From sequence record OZ035785.1: a DNA stretch of 64,000 nt; one strand, written 5' to 3'. This document shows, piece by piece, positions 56,564 through 64,000 of this stretch. This DNA is from Tequatrovirus BCH953P2. A program made the translations under genes and the position numbers. A model generated the notes under the pieces. It worked only from the letters and a program-made list of their open reading frames with translations. It was not told where the DNA came from and did not search any database. Each line of letters begins with the position of its first letter. Within the stretch, counting starts at the first letter, position 1.

Positions 56564-56809
56564 TTAACCACCAGTTACTTTCCACAAATCTTCGTTTGCA
56601 GCAATCCATTCAGTACGCTGATTTTCTTCATATACAGTAGTATATGCTGCTTTTTCTGAAGGGAACGTCTGGTAATGAGCACCAGAAATTTTGTGAACGT
56701 CAGAATAAAGAGGGAAAGCTACAGAAATTTCCTTTCCTTCAATTTTCTTATTTCCATCTAATTTCTGCTCAAATGTTTTAATATTAACATAACCGCGAGT
56801 ACTAGCCAT
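56564..56809 (-). CDS. soc: small outer capsid protein Soc
   Basis: 81 aa MASTRGYVNIKTFEQKLDGNKKIEGKEISVAF. Confidence 0.9.
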   Translation of the reverse strand: MASTRGYVNIKTFEQKLDGNKKIEGKEISVAFPLYSDVHKISGAHYQTFPSEKAAYTTVYEENQRTEWIAANEDLWKVTGG

Positions 56810-56841
56810 GTAATTCTCCTTTTATTTAAATTACATGATTA

Positions 56842-56849
56842 TTTATACA
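56842..56849 (-). promoter_or_regulatory. late promoter TATAAATA for soc
   Basis: Minus strand reads TATAAATA about 33 nt upstream of the soc ATG. Confidence 0.65.
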
Positions 56850-57517
56850 TCTTCTTTTCTGAATAAGTAAATTAAATTCTTAAGAGCTGAACTTGTTACA
56901 TCATATTTTCCTTTAAGCGCCTTTACAACCGGGCCTGTTGCTGGTTTACCTAAAGAAACCCATAACTCATGTATTTCGCTTTTAAGCGGTTCATGCCAAT
57001 GCGGCGCTTTTCTTTGCGCCCTTGAAGTTCCTTCTGAAATCTTTTTATTTCCGCCATTCGAATAAAACTTTTTCATTACTTCAGATTGCCGAGCTTTTCG
57101 TTCTGCTCTATTTTGGGCTATACGTTGTGAATTCTTCATCCGAGTTTTTGTTTCAGGATTGTTTAATCTAAGTTTATGTTCTAATCGTTGTTGCTCAGTC
57201 CATTTTCTTCCTTCTCCACCCTGACCACCAGGAGAAATATTAATGCAAGTATCTGGGTGTTTACGTTTTAATGCAGATATTAGCTCGCGTTCAACTTCAT
57301 ATGATTTTTCTCTAGAACCATGGCATTTTGACCAACGTATTTTATAATTAAAACCATACTTACGATATATGTTCCATAGTATTTTGCCTGACCCCGGATA
57401 TTTATCATCATATGGATTTACAATAAATGATTCATGTTTCCCAGCGTACCAAAAGACGCCTTTCGGCGTCCTAACTTTTACGATATATGTTCTATAAAAT
57501 TTTTGTTTAATACCCAT
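56843..57517 (-). CDS. segF: GIY-YIG homing endonuclease (SegF-like)
   Basis: 224 aa from the ATG at 57515-57517 (track start is TTG); GIY-YIG-like FYRTYIV...WYAGKH then E and N catalytic positions; basic C-terminal DNA-binding region; sits between soc and 56. Confidence 0.6.
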   Translation of the reverse strand: MGIKQKFYRTYIVKVRTPKGVFWYAGKHESFIVNPYDDKYPGSGKILWNIYRKYGFNYKIRWSKCHGSREKSYEVERELISALKRKHPDTCINISPGGQGGEGRKWTEQQRLEHKLRLNNPETKTRMKNSQRIAQNRAERKARQSEVMKKFYSNGGNKKISEGTSRAQRKAPHWHEPLKSEIHELWVSLGKPATGPVVKALKGKYDVTSSALKNLIYLFRKEDV

Positions 57518-58022
57518 TATCTTGACGTTCAAAATTATGTTTATTTTTCAAATAATAAAGTTTAAAGATTTCTTCCGCATTCATTCCAAGGCCAGCAAAC
57601 ATATTTAATACGAAATGAAATATATCCACAAGCTCAAATTTAATTTCGAGCTGATCTTCTGGGGACATTTCATCAATGCGTTTTTCTTGCGCTTCAATAT
57701 AACGTGCTTTCCATTTTTTCCAAACTGCCGATGCATCTTTTTCACCACGTGACATTTCACCAAGAGAAGTCAGAAGTTCGCGGAATTCATCATCAATACA
57801 GTCTTTTTGTTCACGCATCCAAGAAACAACATCACCGGCAGTTTCTAATTTATCTGGATGATAACAGTATTCGCGGTCATTTGCTAAACGAATCTGCAGA
57901 GACTTCTGCATGTCAAGCATTACCTGCAGCGGGTCTTTTTCATCACCGAGAATATCCCAGTATTCATTTTGAGCTTTATCAGCGCCTTCGATCAGTTGAC
58001 TACATTCGTTGAAATATGCCAT
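57507..58022 (-). CDS. 56: dCTP pyrophosphatase gp56
   Basis: 171 aa from MAYFNECSQ (track start is TTG); MazG-like. Confidence 0.8.
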   Translation of the reverse strand: MAYFNECSQLIEGADKAQNEYWDILGDEKDPLQVMLDMQKSLQIRLANDREYCYHPDKLETAGDVVSWMREQKDCIDDEFRELLTSLGEMSRGEKDASAVWKKWKARYIEAQEKRIDEMSPEDQLEIKFELVDIFHFVLNMFAGLGMNAEEIFKLYYLKNKHNFERQDNGY

Positions 58023-58082
58023 TATTTTTCCTTTCAATTCATTAATAAGTTAAATAATTATATCATTTGAATATGTAAGCAA

Positions 58083-59422
<1,340 letters not shown>

Positions 59423-59521
59423 TATATCATCCTCAGCAATTTATTTTATAATACCATAACACGCTGAGAAAGTAAACAAATTTATGAAATTTGTGATAAA
59501 TATTAATTTAAAGGAGGACAT

Positions 59522-59722
59522 ATGGTACAAAAATTAATGGCACTTGTTAATGCCATCAAAGGTAATAAAAAGCGTATAGCTTTTACTATTTCTGCTATGG
59601 TAGGAATTTTACTCTGGAACTTTATTTTATCACCTGTTGCAATTGCGCACGGTGTTAATATTCCAATAGTTACTCTTGATACATTCGTAGATTTAGCATT
59701 TGCTTTAGTTGGGTTAATTTAA
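59522..59722 (+). CDS. small membrane protein, divergently transcribed
   Basis: 66 aa; AAAGGAGG Shine-Dalgarno 5 nt before the ATG; two predicted TM helices; 3' end overlaps the primase stop convergently. Confidence 0.5.
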   Translation: MVQKLMALVNAIKGNKKRIAFTISAMVGILLWNFILSPVAIAHGVNIPIVTLDTFVDLAFALVGLI

Positions 59723-60747
59723 ATCTTAGCATATTTAGATAGCCGCATTTTAGCCATTAACCCCTGGGCAATATTATTTTTCATATATTCCATAATTTGT
59801 TCAGGGGTTGCACCTTCCTTTTTAATCATATCATTAACATCTTTTGATTTCCAGGGAGATTTATCCCAAAACATAACCCTTTCTCCTGCATCAACTAATT
59901 TAGTCATTCGTTTGATAGTGTCAGGGTGACGAGGTTCATTATCTAAGACCCACACTCGTCTATCTTTAAATGGAACAATTTCTAGGTCTAATTGACCACC
60001 CGTAATAGCTATACCATTTTCAATAAAAAGTGAATCTATAGGTCCTTCTAGAACATATACATCACCATCTTTAACTCGTTCGACTCCATAGATTTTTGTT
60101 GCCTCAGGATAAGCTTTGATGGTGATATATTTTTGAGGAGCATCTTTCTTTAATGCACGTCCTTGAAAAGACTCAGCTTTTCCATTAGCATTATAAATTG
60201 GAATAACAAGACGAGGCTCAGGTATTTCCTTTTTATATGTTCCCGGTGCTATGCTATTAACCAATTTAGGCCATTCGGTTGTAAACCAAAGATATTTCCA
60301 TTTATCCTTTGGAATACAACGAGCTTTTACGTATTTTATAATTGGATGGTCTTCCGCCAGTTTATCTAATCTAACACATGACGGAAGAGATTTAATTATT
60401 TTCTTCTCAGGTTGTTTAGGAAGTTCTTTAGGTTTTTCTACTGGACGACTTTTACCTTTTTCTTTTCTTATTTCAAAGATATACTCACGATATAAATCAG
60501 GTTCAAACTCCTTTAAATATATTCCGATTGGTGCATGATAGTTACAGTTATAACAATGAATATTTCCTTCATTATTATCACCATAATACCATCCACGGGC
60601 TTTATTCTGGTCGGTTTTTGAATCTCCACAAACTGGGCATCTAAACCGTAATTTAAAAGTTGAACTATTATTTACTTGTGTGAATTTAGGTAAATGAGCT
60701 AATGCACGGTATGCAAACTCATTATCAATCCAAGGTATTGATGACAT
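59719..60747 (-). CDS. 61: DNA primase gp61
   Basis: 342 aa; zinc ribbon CPVCGDS...CYNC and TOPRIM-like region. Confidence 0.9.
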   Translation of the reverse strand: MSSIPWIDNEFAYRALAHLPKFTQVNNSSTFKLRFRCPVCGDSKTDQNKARGWYYGDNNEGNIHCYNCNYHAPIGIYLKEFEPDLYREYIFEIRKEKGKSRPVEKPKELPKQPEKKIIKSLPSCVRLDKLAEDHPIIKYVKARCIPKDKWKYLWFTTEWPKLVNSIAPGTYKKEIPEPRLVIPIYNANGKAESFQGRALKKDAPQKYITIKAYPEATKIYGVERVKDGDVYVLEGPIDSLFIENGIAITGGQLDLEIVPFKDRRVWVLDNEPRHPDTIKRMTKLVDAGERVMFWDKSPWKSKDVNDMIKKEGATPEQIMEYMKNNIAQGLMAKMRLSKYAKI

Positions 60748-60749
60748 TT

Positions 60750-60914
60750 TTACTCTTCTTTTTCTTTAGATTCCTCTTTTTTCTTTTTAGGAATCTGTTC
60801 AGGACCTTTATTTACTACAGCGCCTGACGTTGTTCCAGTAGAGATATTTTCAGGACTACCACCTGAATCTCCAGCGACCATATCTTCTTTGATAAATTCT
60901 TTATATGTTTTCAT
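60750..60914 (-). CDS. small charged protein (61.1 position)
   Basis: 54-aa ATG ORF with a Lys/Glu-rich tail. Confidence 0.4.
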   Translation of the reverse strand: MKTYKEFIKEDMVAGDSGGSPENISTGTTSGAVVNKGPEQIPKKKKEESKEKEE

Positions 60915-60915
60915 A

Positions 60916-61242
60916 TTAACCTCTATTCATAAAAGCATTAAAAATTTGGTCATCAATAGATGGTGCAGTAATATTTTCTGCATCATTTAGCAAATCATTA
61001 ATTTCATCAGATAGCATAACACGTGTACCTTTATTTCCTGTAATTGTTACTGCGCAATTACGAACGTTTTCTTTATTAAATTTTAGGTTAATATTTTCGT
61101 AATGAAAATCCTTTAATGCTGAATATATTTTTAAAATAAAATTATCTTTTACTACAATAAACCCAACCTCACTATTAAAACGTGGTTCATGGAAACTGTA
61201 ATAAACCTTTTCATCTATAAAATCGTATGATTTTTTCCATTT
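60916..61242 (-). pseudogene. start-less paralog remnant of the adjacent 210-aa gene
   Basis: 109-codon open frame bounded by stops with no ATG/GTG/TTG upstream of residue 76; C-terminus SIDDQIFNAFMNRG and core EP.F...VGFIVVKDN.I match the 61271..61903 product. Confidence 0.5.
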
Positions 61243-61270
61243 TTAAATATGAAAATTCAAACTATACATA

Positions 61271-61903
61271 TTAACCTTTATTCATAAAAGCATTAAAAAT
61301 TTGATCGTCAATAGAAACTTTTACTTTAGGCTGTTCTTCAAACGGTAATTCATATCCACATATTACAATTTTGTGATCGATACCAAAATACACAGAAGCA
61401 ATATTATTAATATTATTTTCAGTGAAATCTAAATCAACATCAATATCTTTTTGACTAACGCTCAAAGGATAATTAATACGAATAATTCGATTATCTTTAA
61501 CAAAGATTCCACCGACATACTCTGTGCTGCGTTTAAAGTTTACACGTTTCCTAAATGAAAAATATTCAGGTTCTTTATGGGCTCGACTCATAGGGCTTAA
61601 AGTGTATTCCGAATATGAAATATCAAATCCTACACCTTCAATATGAGCCAAAGTATCATGATTAAACCAATTATAATCGTATGCCAAATCCATTAAATTG
61701 TAATATGTGAAAGGCACCGGATTAACATCATATGTTGTACCTTTAAAATCTGCCCAGGCAACGATTTCGTTATCTTTAACAATTACAAAAATTGTGCCAA
61801 TAAGATATCTACGGTTATTTTCATCAGGTGTTATATTATAACATTGTGCATCAGGAAATTTACCGTATTTAAACGGTGGATTTTTGTGCATATAATAAAT
61901 CAT
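61271..61903 (-). CDS. hypothetical protein with internal duplication (61.2 position)
   Basis: 210 aa; motif G.IFV.VKDN.I occurs twice. Confidence 0.5.
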   Translation of the reverse strand: MIYYMHKNPPFKYGKFPDAQCYNITPDENNRRYLIGTIFVIVKDNEIVAWADFKGTTYDVNPVPFTYYNLMDLAYDYNWFNHDTLAHIEGVGFDISYSEYTLSPMSRAHKEPEYFSFRKRVNFKRSTEYVGGIFVKDNRIIRINYPLSVSQKDIDVDLDFTENNINNIASVYFGIDHKIVICGYELPFEEQPKVKVSIDDQIFNAFMNKG

Positions 61904-61904
61904 A

Positions 61905-62198
61905 TTATTCGCCTGTGATTTCGGTTACGATATTTTTGTTATTAAAGTTTTTATCGCAATACAGAACATAATTATACTGCATTACACCACCAGACTTAAG
62001 CTGTTTTTGCACTTCAGCTTTCATTTCAGGACGATCGCGCTCAACGATATTCATAATATCTGCTTCAATTTGGGTTTCAACCTCAGTCTGATCTGCAGTC
62101 ATAGACCATTCACATAAATCTTTATCATAGCCTGCCATAGCAGGCTGAGCAGCACAAGAAGCTAAAGCAAAAATTGTAGCAAAGATAAATTTTTTCAT
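61905..62198 (-). CDS. sp: Spackle periplasmic protein (superinfection exclusion / lysozyme inhibitor)
   Basis: 97 aa with cleavable signal peptide MKKFIFATIFALASCAAQPAMA. Confidence 0.75.
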   Translation of the reverse strand: MKKFIFATIFALASCAAQPAMAGYDKDLCEWSMTADQTEVETQIEADIMNIVERDRPEMKAEVQKQLKSGGVMQYNYVLYCDKNFNNKNIVTEITGE

Positions 62199-62258
62199 GA
62201 TAATCTCCTCAGTAGTTTATGTTTATATAGTATCTCAATTTCCAACAAAAGTAAACAG

Positions 62259-62516
62259 TTATTTTAAAACTTTTGCGTAATCACATGTTACAAACTGTTT
62301 CTCTAGCTTAACGATCTTACGAAAATACCTTTTACACTGACGAATCTGTCGCTTCGTAGGACGTACAGCAAACTTAATAAATTCCACTCTACCAAATGGA
62401 GGGCTTTCTTCTGCTGGAATATCTAGCACCAATTCCCATGTATCTGCAATAAGTGCTTTGAATTGCGTATTTTTCCTGACGTTATACGGAGTGGGTTTAA
62501 ATAAAACAATATGCAT
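62259..62516 (-). CDS. hypothetical protein (61.4 position; possibly the ToxN-inhibitor TifA locus)
   Basis: 85 aa from the ATG at 62514-62516 with GAGGA Shine-Dalgarno; adjacent to dmd; the TifA assignment is an uncertain recollection. Confidence 0.4.
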   Translation of the reverse strand: MHIVLFKPTPYNVRKNTQFKALIADTWELVLDIPAEESPPFGRVEFIKFAVRPTKRQIRQCKRYFRKIVKLEKQFVTCDYAKVLK

Positions 62517-62517
62517 A

Positions 62518-62700
62518 TTATCCTCGGCAATCCACTTCACATACTTTCTTGTCATCAATGAAAGCTTTAACTAATGCTTTATTAACTTCAGCATACTGAG
62601 TAGTAGCCCATTGAACGTCATCTTTCATCATTGTGATTTCTTTAGTAAACATGCTTTCATTCTTAAACCACCCCATAAAAACTACCTTTACCAATTCCAT
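62518..62700 (-). CDS. dmd: Dmd antitoxin (inhibitor of RnlA/LsoA toxins)
   Basis: 60 aa MELVKVVFMGWFKNESMFTKEITMMKDDVQWATTQYAEVNKALVKAFIDDKKVCEVDCRG; track start is GTG. Confidence 0.85.
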   Translation of the reverse strand: MELVKVVFMGWFKNESMFTKEITMMKDDVQWATTQYAEVNKALVKAFIDDKKVCEVDCRG

Positions 62701-62758
62701 AACAATCTCCACATTTAACCAACAAGACTACTATACCATAGTCTTGTCAGCTTGTAAA

Positions 62759-64000
62759 CTAAAATTTTAATTCATTTGCCAAAGCATCTAACTGAGCTCG
62801 AGCTGATTCGTTTCTTTGATAGCGATTCTGTTCAGCCTGAATCTGTTGTGAACCTGCTACTTCGTTCACTTCAGTTGGAGTAGAATCTTGTTCAATTTCT
62901 ACCCATTTCTGATTTCCCTTTTGAACACCCATCAAAAACTTATTCCATTTGTTCTTATCGCCATATCGTGATTTGATTTGCTTAATGAGTTGTTGTTCAG
63001 CAGCTGCTAGCTCCTCGGTTTCAATGACCGCAAGCATAAAATCAGCTGTTGCTGGAAGACCAGCAGATTCTGCAATATCGCTCATGTTAACATCGGAAGA
63101 GTCCCAAGCTTGTTTACCAACCTGTGCTGCAGTCCAAAGAACAGTTTCGGTTTCAACAGCCAGAGCACGCAATTCCTCGGCAATAGCTTTAACAGTTGTG
63201 TAACTATTTTCTGAATAAACTCTAATGCGGCAAGATTTACAAATACCTAGATAGTCGACAATAATGATTGTTGGAACAAAATTCTTCTTGAGCTTCAATT
63301 CGTTTAAAAGTGATCGAAATGTATTAGCGTCTGCTCCACCAGTAGGATACTGTTTAACGATTAAACGACCAAGGGTAGATTTCTCACGCCATTTTTCCAT
63401 TTTTCCTTTATATTCAGCGTAAGAAATATGTCCATCATCAATATCGTCAAGAGAAACATCGAGCATGTTAGCATCAATACGTTTAGCACAGACTTCTTCT
63501 GCCATTTCCATGGAGATATAAAGAACGTTATGACCAAGCTGCAAATAATCTGCTGCTAATGAACAAAGTCCTAATGATTTACCAACGTTAACGCCAGCCA
63601 TTAAAACGTTCAGTGTTCCAGTCTCAGCTCCGCCTTTAGTAATTTTGTTTAGAATTCTGAGTTTAAATGGAACCTTACGAGCTTTATTCATATAAGATAG
63701 CCAACGCGCTTCGTAGTCATCCATCCAATCATGACCAACGTAACTATCAAATGAAATAGATAATGCCTGGCGCATGATGTCAGGAATAGCACCTACATCT
63801 GGCATTTTCTTATTTCGTTTTTCCGGAGGAAGCTCAGCATTAGTTTGAATTTCGATTATTTTAGACGTAGCATTAAACATCGCCCTTTGCTGAACATATT
63901 TTTCTGTTTCTTTTATTAACCAACTGTGGTCTTCCGGAGAATCAGCCAGTTTTGAAATAAGTGTTTTTACACCAGAATATTCTGTTTCAGTAAATGAACT
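62759..64000 (-). CDS. 41: replicative DNA helicase gp41 (DnaB family), C-terminal about 413 aa; 5' end beyond window
   Basis: Frame open to the window end; Walker A GVNVGKS; upstream translation continues ...SWLVKETEKYVQQRAMFNATSK. Confidence 0.9.
   Translation of the reverse strand, partial: SSFTETEYSGVKTLISKLADSPEDHSWLIKETEKYVQQRAMFNATSKIIEIQTNAELPPEKRNKKMPDVGAIPDIMRQALSISFDSYVGHDWMDDYEARWLSYMNKARKVPFKLRILNKITKGGAETGTLNVLMAGVNVGKSLGLCSLAADYLQLGHNVLYISMEMAEEVCAKRIDANMLDVSLDDIDDGHISYAEYKGKMEKWREKSTLGRLIVKQYPTGGADANTFRSLLNELKLKKNFVPTIIIVDYLGICKSCRIRVYSENSYTTVKAIAEELRALAVETETVLWTAAQVGKQAWDSSDVNMSDIAESAGLPATADFMLAVIETEELAAAEQQLIKQIKSRYGDKNKWNKFLMGVQKGNQKWVEIEQDSTPTEVNEVAGSQQIQAEQNRYQRNESARAQLDALANELKF

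Overview
This 64-kb window is a T-even (T4-like) Escherichia phage segment, colinear with the T4 map from gene 30 (DNA ligase, 5' part) to gene 41 (helicase, partial). Gene identities and T4 comparisons below rest on recalled T4 protein sequences, lengths and gene order; nothing was searched. The minus strand carries densely packed early/middle genes: rIII, 31, cd, pseT, a spanin pair, alc, rnlA, denA, nrdB, nrdA, td, frd, 32, 59, 33, dsbA, rnh, then asiA, arn, motA, 52, ndd, denB, rIIB, rIIA, 39, motB, dexA, dda, srd, modA, modB, soc, segF-like, 56, dam, 61, sp, dmd, 41. The plus strand carries the late long-tail-fibre and holin operon 34-35-36-37-38-t. T4 late promoter motifs (TATAAATA), early promoter -35/-10 pairs, and UUCG/GCAA hairpin terminators are visible. 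The phage is not canonical T4: td and nrdB are intron-free, gene 39 is a single 606-codon ORF with no gene 60 bypass, and no mobE or segG is present. I see no clearly foreign defence or anti-defence cassette. The best candidates for follow-up are a nuclease-motif ORF translationally coupled to dam, an extra ORF between frd and td, a start-less paralog remnant with a 45-bp direct repeat beside the dmd cluster, and a divergent small membrane ORF next to primase. The ORF track uses GTG/TTG as well as ATG starts, so several track ORFs are over-extended at the N-terminus; I corrected starts only where I checked the codon and ribosome-binding site.
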